Part shown: piece after piece, positions 42,010 to 50,941 of the stretch
How positions within the stretch are numbered: the stretch's first letter is position 1
Layout of the letters: every line of letters starts with the position of its first letter
NCBI GenBank assembly: GCA_963702845.1
Contig: OY969763.1
Location: 832,001 to 896,000 of the forward strand
Direction: 5' to 3'
DNA from: an uncultured Verrucomicrobiae bacterium
GTDB lineage: Bacteria; Verrucomicrobiota; Verrucomicrobiia; Limisphaerales; Palsa-1400
DNA length: 64,000 bases
Position numbers and translations under genes: made by a program
The notes under the pieces: model-generated
Told to the model about the DNA's origin: nothing
Database searches by the model: none
The model's input: only the letters and a program-made list of their open reading frames with translations

Positions 42010-43554
42010 ATGGCTAACCACGAACATACTATTAAAGGTGCTACGGTATCATCTCGTGCCACAGCAGCCCGCGGTCGCGATTCCGGTCGGTCACGGTTCG
42101 GTCGCGCGAAGAGCCATTTGACGAAACGCCCCCGCGCGAAACTAATTCAAAGCCCGCCGCATATTAGAACGCGAAAACGTTCTCCCGCAGCAACGCCGGG
42201 CTTAATCTCTTCGCGTCCATCGCGCAAAGATCTCTATGCGGAAGGCAAGCGTTTGCGCGAGAAGTGTCCTCGGGAGTCGCACGCGGTTTGGCGTCCGTCT
42301 CACGGTCGGCCGGATCCTCTTAATTTATTAAAAGAATCGAGCCGTGGACGTATTCAGGAACTGATCCCGCTCCGCTATGGACGGATGCTGCAGTCTCCAT
42401 TCACTTTCTATCGCGGCGCAGCTTTGAATATGGCAGCGGACCTCGCCCATACGCCGGTGAGCGGTCTGCGTGTACAGGTTTGCGGAGATTGCCATTTGCT
42501 CAATTTCGGCTGGTTCGCCACTCCAGAAAGAAGGGAAATCTTCGACATCAACGACCTTGATGAAACGTTGCCGGCACCGTGGGAGTGGGATGTGAAACGC
42601 CTCGCCACCAGTTTCGTGCTCGCGTGTCGCGATAATGGTTTCAGTGATAAAGATGCCCGGGAGACAGCAATGGAGTGCGTGCGTTCGTATCGCCATCACA
42701 TGTTGGAGTTCAGCGAGATGTCGGTCCTCGATGTTTGGTACGCGAGCATCGATGTCCAGGATGTGATTCCAAAGATCGAGGACGCGAAATCACGCAAACG
42801 TTTTCAGAAACGGTTGGCGTCGGCGCGAAATAGTGACGAACATCACTTTCCGGCGATCGAACAGGTCAACGGCGAACCGACAGCGATCAAAGACAATCCG
42901 CCCGTGATTTTTCACTGGCGCAAACAAGGCGACGATAAATTCTTCCAAGAAGCCCAAACGGCTTTGGCTGCGTATCGCGAATCGGTCGAAGATGATCGAC
43001 GGGTGCTTCTGGATCGTTTTGAGCTTCGCGACGTCGCGATCAAAGTTGTTGGGGTGGGAAGTGTTGGGACGTGGTGCGGTGTCGCGCTTCTCCTGGCCTT
43101 GGAAAAAGACTCGCTCTTTCTCCAGATTAAGGAGGCGGGACCCTCGGTGCTTGAGCGTTACGTCGGAAAAAGCGTTTTCTCCCATCACGGGCGGCGGGTG
43201 GTGGAGGGATGCCGCTTGATGCAATCGGCGAGCGATCTCTTTCTCGGCTGGATGGTGGGACCGGCGGGTCGGCACTTTTATGTCCGCCAGCTCCGCGACA
43301 TGAAGCTCAAGATTCTGATCGAAACATTCAAACGCAATACCATGAGGCAGTACGCAAAGTTATGCGGATGGACCTTGGCTCGTGCCCACGCCCGTTCCGG
43401 CGAGCCGGCGAAGATCAGTGGTTATCTCGGCCAAAGTGACAAGTTCGACCAGGCTATCGCGGACTTTTCAATCGCGTATGCTGATCAAAGTGAGCGCGAT
43501 CATAAGTTGCTCCTCAAAGCGGTGCGCGACGGGAAGATTGAAGTTTCAGAATAA
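42010..43554 (+). CDS. DUF2252 domain protein (kinase-like)
   Basis: RYGRMLQSPFTFYRGAA, CGDCHLLNFG, DINDLDE, KVVGVGSVG, LARAHARSG. Confidence 0.9.
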   Translation: MANHEHTIKGATVSSRATAARGRDSGRSRFGRAKSHLTKRPRAKLIQSPPHIRTRKRSPAATPGLISSRPSRKDLYAEGKRLREKCPRESHAVWRPSHGRPDPLNLLKESSRGRIQELIPLRYGRMLQSPFTFYRGAALNMAADLAHTPVSGLRVQVCGDCHLLNFGWFATPERREIFDINDLDETLPAPWEWDVKRLATSFVLACRDNGFSDKDARETAMECVRSYRHHMLEFSEMSVLDVWYASIDVQDVIPKIEDAKSRKRFQKRLASARNSDEHHFPAIEQVNGEPTAIKDNPPVIFHWRKQGDDKFFQEAQTALAAYRESVEDDRRVLLDRFELRDVAIKVVGVGSVGTWCGVALLLALEKDSLFLQIKEAGPSVLERYVGKSVFSHHGRRVVEGCRLMQSASDLFLGWMVGPAGRHFYVRQLRDMKLKILIETFKRNTMRQYAKLCGWTLARAHARSGEPAKISGYLGQSDKFDQAIADFSIAYADQSERDHKLLLKAVRDGKIEVSE

Positions 43555-43713
43555 TCAAACCCGGGAAATTAATGGGTTGCTGTGCTGGTCTGCGCCGCTG
43601 GGGCTGCGCTAGTGGCAATATCTCAGTTTGGCGGCAGTTCTGAAATATTGCGCATCTCCTGCTTCTTAAACCGATGTTTACAAGGGCGCGGAGGGCGCAT
43701 TAGATTCGCTGCC

Positions 43714-44583
43714 ATGAATTCTGTGGGTATCACCGGAATTTCCGGATTTCTCGGAAGCCATCTCAAGCCCGCTCTCCAGGAAAGCGGTTACGATGCCTTT
43801 GCGATTTCGCGCCCGTTTCGCCGATCTGTCGCACAGATGCAGGCCTTGCTGGAAGAGCGTAAACCGGACGCCATTATCCATCTATCCGGCATTGTGGATG
43901 TTCGTTATTGTAGCGAACACCCGGTCGAAGCGTTTGATTCTCATGTCACGGAGACGGCAAATATTCTTGAGGCGGTCCGGCTGGTGGCTCCTCAGATGCC
44001 GGTGATTTACGTGGCTTCGGATAAGAGTTTCGGAGAACAGGAGCATTGCGGTCTGCAGACGCCGTATCGACCGAGCTTTCCGTATGAGACGTCCAAATCT
44101 TGCGAAGATATGCTGGTGGAAACGTACGCAAAAAGTTATTCCATGCCGGCTTATCTGCTTCGGTTCCCGAATTTTTTTGGCGAAGCGGATCAGCACGTGG
44201 AACGATTAATTCCGGGTATCTGCATTTCTGCCGCTCGTGGCAAGGAATTGGTCATCCGCACTCGTTTGGATGGGACCGTGCGGCAATATATTTATGTGCG
44301 GGACGCAGTGGATGTCATTGTCCGCGCGGTAGGCCGGGCCCTAAAGCGGGAAGGGGGCTGGCCCAAGAATCATTTCGGTCCGCCACACCTCAAAACCGTC
44401 GGCGAGGTGATTCGTGATGTGGAGGCAGTGAGCGGGCGAAAGATCAACGTTAAGGTGCTTAATCTGCCGGGGGAAGTGTCGCGGTTGAGTCTCAAGGACG
44501 AGAACGACTTCGGCTTCAAGTATGCGGACTGGCTGCCTGCCTTGGAACGAACGGCGCGCTGGTACCAAGACAACTATAAATAG
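43714..44583 (+). CDS. NAD-dependent sugar epimerase/dehydratase
   Basis: GISGFLG, ASDK, YETSK (YxxxK). Confidence 0.85.
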   Translation: MNSVGITGISGFLGSHLKPALQESGYDAFAISRPFRRSVAQMQALLEERKPDAIIHLSGIVDVRYCSEHPVEAFDSHVTETANILEAVRLVAPQMPVIYVASDKSFGEQEHCGLQTPYRPSFPYETSKSCEDMLVETYAKSYSMPAYLLRFPNFFGEADQHVERLIPGICISAARGKELVIRTRLDGTVRQYIYVRDAVDVIVRAVGRALKREGGWPKNHFGPPHLKTVGEVIRDVEAVSGRKINVKVLNLPGEVSRLSLKDENDFGFKYADWLPALERTARWYQDNYK

Positions 44584-44630
44584 CGAGATTCGAACGCGCC
44601 TGCCGGGCGCACACACCCTGCCGCTGAAGA

Positions 44631-44719
44631 GACACCTCTTGCTATCGCGATGCGATACCAACCCGCGGATTCACGGCGGCTGTTTCGGTGTTTAGAGGCA
44701 CACCTCCTGGGAAGCCCTT
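44631..44719 (-). repeat. 88/89-bp conserved structured element, copy 2
   Basis: Inverted near-identical copy of 30803-30890. Confidence 0.92.
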
Positions 44720-44727
44720 TCAATTCA

Positions 44728-45017
44728 GTGATAAGTGATGAGTAATCGATGGCGGCAGATTACTTCTGATTACCTTTTTAGATTTTTTCTCGTCAATGGC
44801 CGCAAAACTTTACCGTTTGTTTACCATTCCTTTACCGAATTTGACCGGTAAGGGATTTCGTGCGACGGACGCGACAAGTAGGAGGCGAAGAACGCGAGCC
44901 AATAGGCGCACGTGACCAAAGATGACTGAACATGACCAAACGTGACCGCCGCTGGATTTTGTAACGGCCTCGATTCGGGAGATGATGCAGAAATGATGCA
45001 GAAACGATGCAATTTTA
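44728..45017 (-). repeat. Array of 10-11-bp-period modules downstream of the HTH gene
   Basis: Same five module types as in 30240-31560, in a different order. Confidence 0.8.
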
Positions 45018-45386
45018 GTTTTGTGCATGCGATTTATCATCCGGCTCCGTGGGTATGATGACTTTGCGGATTTCGGCGCGGGTCACGGCAGCCAGTCGGA
45101 ATAAGTCTTTGGTTTCGACGAATTGGAGTTTGCTGTCGCCGATCGCTTGCTCGATGCGCTGGAGTTGTGCGGTGAGAGAACTGAGTTCCTGCTCGTGGGT
45201 GGCGAGAAACTTTTCCTGAAGCGCTTCGATCTCGATGGCGCGGAGCGTGCGTATTTCCTGGCGGTGTTGCTGGTTCCAGTCGGCCAAGGTGCGGACGCTG
45301 ACATCGATTTGTTTTGCGATGCGGGCAAGGCTCCAGCCTTTGCCGCGGAACTCGAGGAACTTGGATTTAGTGTCTGTAGAATGCAT
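45015..45386 (-). CDS. Helix-turn-helix protein with C-terminal coiled coil
   Basis: FLEFRGKGWSLARIAKQIDVSVRTLADW HTH followed by heptad-rich helices. Confidence 0.75.
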   Translation of the reverse strand: MHSTDTKSKFLEFRGKGWSLARIAKQIDVSVRTLADWNQQHRQEIRTLRAIEIEALQEKFLATHEQELSSLTAQLQRIEQAIGDSKLQFVETKDLFRLAAVTRAEIRKVIIPTEPDDKSHAQN

Positions 45387-45560
45387 TCGTTAAAACAGGT
45401 TGATGGTTGAGGGTGGAGAGTTGAGGGTCCGAAATAGGCGGTGGCGAGAACGCAGGGTGACCACCGACGGAAAGTGGTTGGGCGTTGCGCCGCTCGAGGT
45501 TGATTGTTCGGACTGCGAAATGGAGGTTTTATCTGTCATATGGGAAAAAGGCTAACAAAG

Positions 45561-45587
45561 TCACTTGGACAAAGACGGTCCAAGTGA
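45561..45587. promoter_or_regulatory. Perfect 10-bp inverted repeat upstream of the HTH gene (operator or terminator)
   Basis: TCACTTGGAC-N7-GTCCAAGTGA followed by a T-rich run. Confidence 0.5.
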
Positions 45588-45985
45588 ATTTTTTTGTTTT
45601 TGATGCGCTGCTCATTATTGTTGCTCCAAATTGGAGGCACTCAGCTTCCAGGGTTTTGAGTTCTTGCGTCTAGCGAAGCCACGCGAAACAAAGCGAAACT
45701 ACGCGACATTCGCACCGCGTTTTTGAAGTTTGTTTACGTTGACTGATAGAAATCGCTTTCACGTGAGCAGTTGTAGCACGGGTTTTTTGGAGAATTTGTC
45801 GCGAGGACAGGACGACGTGCACTGACGCGCATCTAGTAACCGTTTTCATGCATCTACGCGCAGAATTTTGGTAAGATTGTTGTTGACGAGGTTCGGACTG
45901 TGACGAAGCTGGACGGCGCTCGCGGAGCGATCGCCCTACCTGCTTGCGCCTGAGGAGAGTAAATGTATTCTGTGACGGATTTTCA

Positions 45986-47059
45986 ATGTCGTCGGCAACC
46001 AACAAGTTAGCAGCGGATCTGGACCATATTCTCGCGCAGACGCGGGAGTTGTGGGCTGAGGTCCGTGGGCAACGGATTTTTGTGACGGGTGCGACAGGGT
46101 TTTTCGGAACGTGGCTGTTGGAGAGTTTTGCCTGGGCGAACGACCGACTTGCGTTGGATGCGCATCTCGTGGCACTTACGCGAAATGCTGATGCGTTTCG
46201 TTCGAAAGCACCGCACCTTTGTTTCCGCAGCGATATCCAACTGCACGTCGGCGACGTGCGCGACTTCAAATTTCCAGCCGGCTCATTTTCGCACGTCATC
46301 CATGCGGCGACGGAGGCGAGCGCGAAGCTAAACTCCGAGAATCCATTTTTGATGTTCGACACTTGCGTGACCGGCACCAGGCGAGCGTTGGAGTTTGCGG
46401 AGGCGTGCGGGGCGAAGAAGTTTTTGCTGACCAGCTCAGGGGCGGTTTACGGTGCGCAACTGATGGAGCGAGCGCCCGAGGATTTTATGGGTGGCCCGGA
46501 TATTTTGAACGCGGCTGCGGCATATGCGGAAGGGAAGAGGGCGGCGGAGCAGCTATGCGCGATCCAGGCACAGAGCGGCCCGCGCGGAGCGGCGGGCCCT
46601 ACCGAGATCAAGATTGCACGATGCTTTGCGTTTGTGGGACCGCATTTACCGTTGGACGCGCATTTTGCGATTGGGAATTTTATTCGCGATGGGCTACGCG
46701 GCGGGCCGATTAAGATTGGCGGCGATGGCACGCCTCATCGTTCTTATTTATATGCGGCGGATTTAGCTATCTGGCTGTGGACGATTTTATTTCGCGGCGC
46801 GGCTCTTCGTGCATACAATGTCGGTTCGTCTAAATCCGTAACGATCGCCGAAACGGCGCAGGCGGTCGCGGATGTGTTCGGCGGGAAACCATCGATTGAA
46901 ATCGCGCAAAAGCCGGTGCCCGGCAAAGCGGCGCAACGATATGTGCCGGATGTGAGCCGTGCGGAAAAGGAACTTGGGTTGCGTGAGTGGATCGATTTGA
47001 AGGAATCGATTCGACGGACTGCGGAGTGGAATGACTCGATGACAGCGGTTGGTCAATGA
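45986..47059 (+). CDS. NAD-dependent epimerase/dehydratase (dTDP-glucose 4,6-dehydratase/UDP-glucuronate decarboxylase-like)
   Basis: TGATGFFG, TSSGAVYG, YAEGK, ARCFAFVGP. Confidence 0.9.
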   Translation: MSSATNKLAADLDHILAQTRELWAEVRGQRIFVTGATGFFGTWLLESFAWANDRLALDAHLVALTRNADAFRSKAPHLCFRSDIQLHVGDVRDFKFPAGSFSHVIHAATEASAKLNSENPFLMFDTCVTGTRRALEFAEACGAKKFLLTSSGAVYGAQLMERAPEDFMGGPDILNAAAAYAEGKRAAEQLCAIQAQSGPRGAAGPTEIKIARCFAFVGPHLPLDAHFAIGNFIRDGLRGGPIKIGGDGTPHRSYLYAADLAIWLWTILFRGAALRAYNVGSSKSVTIAETAQAVADVFGGKPSIEIAQKPVPGKAAQRYVPDVSRAEKELGLREWIDLKESIRRTAEWNDSMTAVGQ

Positions 47060-47110
47060 CCTGCCGATTTGGAAATCGGCGATACGGCAGGTTTGGAAAC
47101 CTGCGATACG
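47059..47110. repeat. REP-like double hairpin
   Basis: GCCGATTT-GG-AAATCGGC and GCAGGTTT-GG-AAACCTGC, each followed by GATACG. Confidence 0.7.
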
Positions 47111-47116
47111 AAAAAA

Positions 47117-48940
47117 ATGAAAAGAGTATCAGATTATATTTTTGATCATTTGGCTGAGATTGGAACGAAGCATGTGTTCGTGATCACCGGCGGCGGCGCG
47201 ATGTTTTTGAATGACGCGCTCGCCAAGTGCAAGCCGCTTCAATACATCTGCTGCCACCACGAGCAAACCTGTGCGATGGCGGGCGAGGCCTATGCACGTG
47301 TGACGGGCAAGCTTGGTGTCGTCAGCGTTACCACCGGACCTGGTGGAATCAATGCCATCAATGGTGTGTTTGGCGCGTGGACAGATTCGCTTCCGATGTT
47401 GGTGATTTCGGGGCAGGTGAAGCGTGAGACGTGCATGGCTTCTTACGATTTGCCGAAGTTGCGCCAACTCGGTGATCAGGAAGTCGACATCGTCCGCATG
47501 GTGAAGGGCGTCGCCAAATACGCGGTGTTTGTGACGGACCCGAACTCGATTCGTTATCATCTGGAACGGGCGATTTACCTGGCAACTCACGGCCGCCCAG
47601 GGCCGGTTTGGCTTGATATCCCTGTTGATGTGCAGTCGGCGATGATCGAACCGGAACAGTTGAAGGCTTATGATCCGAAAGAAGATGAGATCAACGTCGA
47701 TCGCGCGGCTCTGACGAAAACTTGTGCTGATATTTTGCAGCGGATTAAAAATGCAAAGCATCCGGCCTTGATGCCTGGAACCGGTGTTCGTCTTGCCGGT
47801 GCTGAGGAGATTTTTCATACCGTCGCAAAAAAATTGGGTATCCCGGTTTTGACGGCGTGGACGGCGCCGGACCTGATTGCGACTGATGACCCATTGTTTT
47901 GTGGTCGCCCGAGCACGATTGGTGATCGAGCCGGAAACTTTGCTCTGCAGAACGCGGACCTGCTGTTGGTGATTGGTTCTCGATTGAATATCCGGCAGAT
48001 CAGTTACAACTGGAAAGAGTTTGCGCGGAATGCGTTCATTGTTCAGGTGGACGTGGATCCGGCCGAGTTGGACAAGCCGACGCTCAAGCCTCATTTGGGA
48101 ATTGCGGCTGATGCCAAGGATTTTTTCGAGGAGTTAAATCGGCAAATCGATGCCGCCAAGACCGACGCGAATGCGCACTCGGAATGGCTGGCGTGGTGCC
48201 GCAAGCGCGTGGCGCAATATCCAGTGGTGACGGAGAAACAACGGGCCGTGGCAAAACCAATCAACCCATATCGTTTTGTCGATCATCTGATCCGACAATT
48301 GAATGGCAGCGATATTATCGCCCTCGGTGACGGCACGTGTTCAGTTGTTACCTACCAGGTGGCGCACGTTAAGAAAGGAATGCGGTTGCTGAGCAATTCC
48401 GGCGATGCGTCGATGGGGTATGACATTCCTGCGTCAATTGGTGCTGCGGTGGCTGGTGAAGGGCGGCGGGTCGTTTGCCTTGCTGGCGACGGCAGCGGGC
48501 ACTTCAATATTCAGGAGTTGCAGACGATCAAACACCACAACTTCCCCATCAAAATTTTCATATTGAACAACGGTGGTTATCTGTCGATGCGTCTAACCCA
48601 AGGTGGCTTTTTCAAAGGTAACTATATCGGTGAGAGTCCGCGCAGTGGTGTGTCCTTCCCGGATTATGTGAAAGTTGCGCAGGCCTATGGGCTGCCAGCG
48701 ATGCGGATCGAGGAGGCGGATTTTGCGGCTGACCTGGAGAAGTTTTTGGCGATTGAAGGTCCGGCGTTGTGCGAGGTGATGCTGGATCCGTCCCAAGGAT
48801 TTGAGCCACGATTGACTTCACGCCAACTGCCGGATGGGAAAATCGTGACGGCATCGTTTGAAGATATGGCTCCGTTCCTCAGTCGTGAAGAACTGGCGCA
48901 GAATATGTTGGTGCCGCTGCCCGACGAGGCGAAGCAGTGA
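47117..48940 (+). CDS. Thiamine-pyrophosphate-dependent enzyme (acetolactate synthase-like)
   Basis: HHEQ..AMA.EAYAR, TTGPGG.N, GDGS...N TPP motif; lies in a sugar-nucleotide operon. Confidence 0.9.
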   Translation: MKRVSDYIFDHLAEIGTKHVFVITGGGAMFLNDALAKCKPLQYICCHHEQTCAMAGEAYARVTGKLGVVSVTTGPGGINAINGVFGAWTDSLPMLVISGQVKRETCMASYDLPKLRQLGDQEVDIVRMVKGVAKYAVFVTDPNSIRYHLERAIYLATHGRPGPVWLDIPVDVQSAMIEPEQLKAYDPKEDEINVDRAALTKTCADILQRIKNAKHPALMPGTGVRLAGAEEIFHTVAKKLGIPVLTAWTAPDLIATDDPLFCGRPSTIGDRAGNFALQNADLLLVIGSRLNIRQISYNWKEFARNAFIVQVDVDPAELDKPTLKPHLGIAADAKDFFEELNRQIDAAKTDANAHSEWLAWCRKRVAQYPVVTEKQRAVAKPINPYRFVDHLIRQLNGSDIIALGDGTCSVVTYQVAHVKKGMRLLSNSGDASMGYDIPASIGAAVAGEGRRVVCLAGDGSGHFNIQELQTIKHHNFPIKIFILNNGGYLSMRLTQGGFFKGNYIGESPRSGVSFPDYVKVAQAYGLPAMRIEEADFAADLEKFLAIEGPALCEVMLDPSQGFEPRLTSRQLPDGKIVTASFEDMAPFLSREELAQNMLVPLPDEAKQ

Positions 48941-50073
48941 ACGCGGTTGCGGATATGCGCGGGCGTTTCGAACGCGTGCTCGAGCGGGCGCGGCGTCCTC
49001 AAGCGCCAGATTGGAAGGGCAGAAAGTTCGTTGTCTATGGCGCGGGGAATTTCGGGAAAGCTTTAGCAGGTGCGCTTCGTGAAAAAGGCGCGACAGTGCT
49101 TGGTTTTTTAGACCGAACGGGCAAAGGCCAAAGTGTCCTTCCGGGGCTTGTTTCTTGGGCATTGGATTCGCAGGAAGCAGCAAAGTGGCGCGGCGAAAAT
49201 CCAGTGGTGATTCTCGGGTTGCTGAACGGATTTGTTAGTATGGGCGAGGTGGCGCAGGAATTAAAAAGCTTTGGTTTTACAACGGTTTCCTCTCCGAACG
49301 ATTATTACGGGTCTTTAAAGGAAAGTTTGGGATGGCGGTTTTGGTTATCAGACTGGGATGTATACGCGGGTTCCTCCGCCGTCATCGAAAAGGTCGCAAG
49401 TATTTGGACGGACGAGCAGAGTCGCTGCTTATTCTTCGAAACCGTGTTATTCCGCTTGGGTTCGGAATTCAATCTCCTGCAGCCGACATCTGATGTCTCG
49501 AAACAATACGGCGATCCGAGCGTGCCACGATGGCCGCAACGACTGAATTTAGTGGATGGCGGCGCGTATGACGGAGATTCGCTCATATCATTGATTCGTA
49601 ACGGTTATGAGTTGGATGCGGTGCATGCGTTCGAGCCGGATTTAGGCAATTTTTCGAAGCTTGGCGAAACGGTGCGACGCGTCAACATTGGTAATGGGAC
49701 TTTGTGGCCGTGCGGCCTTTCCTCAAGTACAACACGACTAAGCTTCTGTGAGGGTGATGGCACGGGTAGCAAATTGGCGTCCGGATCGAACACCGTTGTT
49801 ATACCCGTCGTAGCGTTGGATCATGTCCTGTATAACCAAAAGATAAACTTAATTAAGTTGGACATCGAAGGTGCAGAATTTGATGCTTTGCGAGGAGCCA
49901 GTGACATCATTCGGAAACAACGTCCGTGTTTGGCCGTTTGTTTGTACCATCAAGCCGATCACCTATGGTCGATCCCCAATTGGCTTTTTGAGCAGGATCT
50001 TGGTTACGAATTCTATCTGCGGATTTATCAGTGGAATGGATTCGAAACCGTGATGTATGCGCTGCCAAAATGA
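48937..50073 (+). CDS. FkbM family methyltransferase
   Basis: VDGGAYDGD, AFEPD, IKLDIEGAE. Confidence 0.88.
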   Translation: MNAVADMRGRFERVLERARRPQAPDWKGRKFVVYGAGNFGKALAGALREKGATVLGFLDRTGKGQSVLPGLVSWALDSQEAAKWRGENPVVILGLLNGFVSMGEVAQELKSFGFTTVSSPNDYYGSLKESLGWRFWLSDWDVYAGSSAVIEKVASIWTDEQSRCLFFETVLFRLGSEFNLLQPTSDVSKQYGDPSVPRWPQRLNLVDGGAYDGDSLISLIRNGYELDAVHAFEPDLGNFSKLGETVRRVNIGNGTLWPCGLSSSTTRLSFCEGDGTGSKLASGSNTVVIPVVALDHVLYNQKINLIKLDIEGAEFDALRGASDIIRKQRPCLAVCLYHQADHLWSIPNWLFEQDLGYEFYLRIYQWNGFETVMYALPK

Positions 50074-50717
50074 GCCGATACGCCACTGTCATTTTTGATC
50101 TGGATGGGACGCTGATTGATTCGGCACCCGGGGTCAAAGAGAGTTTTCGTAACGCAGTTAAGGCTGTATTACCCGACGTGGAGTTTGACCTTGGCTCTGT
50201 TGTGATTGGCCCGCCGCTGCCAAAAATGTTCGAGGTGGCGTATCCAACTGCCACAACTGAACAGGTCAAGGCGCTGGTTGCTGCCTTTCGAGCTGACTAC
50301 AACGAGAGCGGGTGGAAAAAAACGCGTTTGTTCGTGGGGGTTAAGGACGCTTTGTCAGAGCTGCAGTCGCATGGGGCTGAAATGTTCGTGGTTACGAACA
50401 AGCCGTTGGATATTTCGCAAAAAATACTTCAGTTCTTTGAACTGACGGCTTTCTTTACCGATGTTCGTTCATTGGATTCCGTGGTGCCGTCGTATGCAAA
50501 TAAGGCGGAGATGGTGCGAGCGTTACTGCGGGAGCGGAATCTCAAACCGGAACAGTGCGTTTTGATTGGAGACACAAAAGGCGATGCCGACGCTGCCAGA
50601 ACTGTCGAAATGTCCTTCATCTGGGTATCTTTTGGATACGGAAAGCGAGATGACATCCTCGATGTGGTAAAATCGGTGGATTCTTTTCGAGAACTTACGG
50701 AGTTGTGCCTGCGTTAA
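50070..50717 (+). CDS. HAD family phosphatase
   Basis: FDLDGTLIDS, VTNK, IGD..D; ATGA overlap with the upstream stop. Confidence 0.88.
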   Translation: MSRYATVIFDLDGTLIDSAPGVKESFRNAVKAVLPDVEFDLGSVVIGPPLPKMFEVAYPTATTEQVKALVAAFRADYNESGWKKTRLFVGVKDALSELQSHGAEMFVVTNKPLDISQKILQFFELTAFFTDVRSLDSVVPSYANKAEMVRALLRERNLKPEQCVLIGDTKGDADAARTVEMSFIWVSFGYGKRDDILDVVKSVDSFRELTELCLR

Positions 50718-50762
50718 ATCGTAGGTGCCTATCGTTTATCGGCTTACCTTCCAGGTTTTCGG

Positions 50763-50855
50763 GTTCAATCGTCGCTACGCGACGAGTCGGCGCAAGGTGC
50801 GCGAGTCCCGTGGGATGAATCCCACGGCTACCTTCGGAAAACCGCTACGCGGTTA
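50763..50855. repeat. REP-like palindrome cluster
   Basis: TCGTCGCTACGCGACGA, CCGTGGGATGAATCCCACGGCTAC, AACCGCTACGCGGTT. Confidence 0.7.
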
Positions 50856-50941
50856 AGGAGGAACGACCGCCCCAGTAGGCATAGGAGTTGCTTTACTTTT
50901 TGCAGGAGTTTCGTACCCTTTTTTGCTTAGGCTGAATCACT

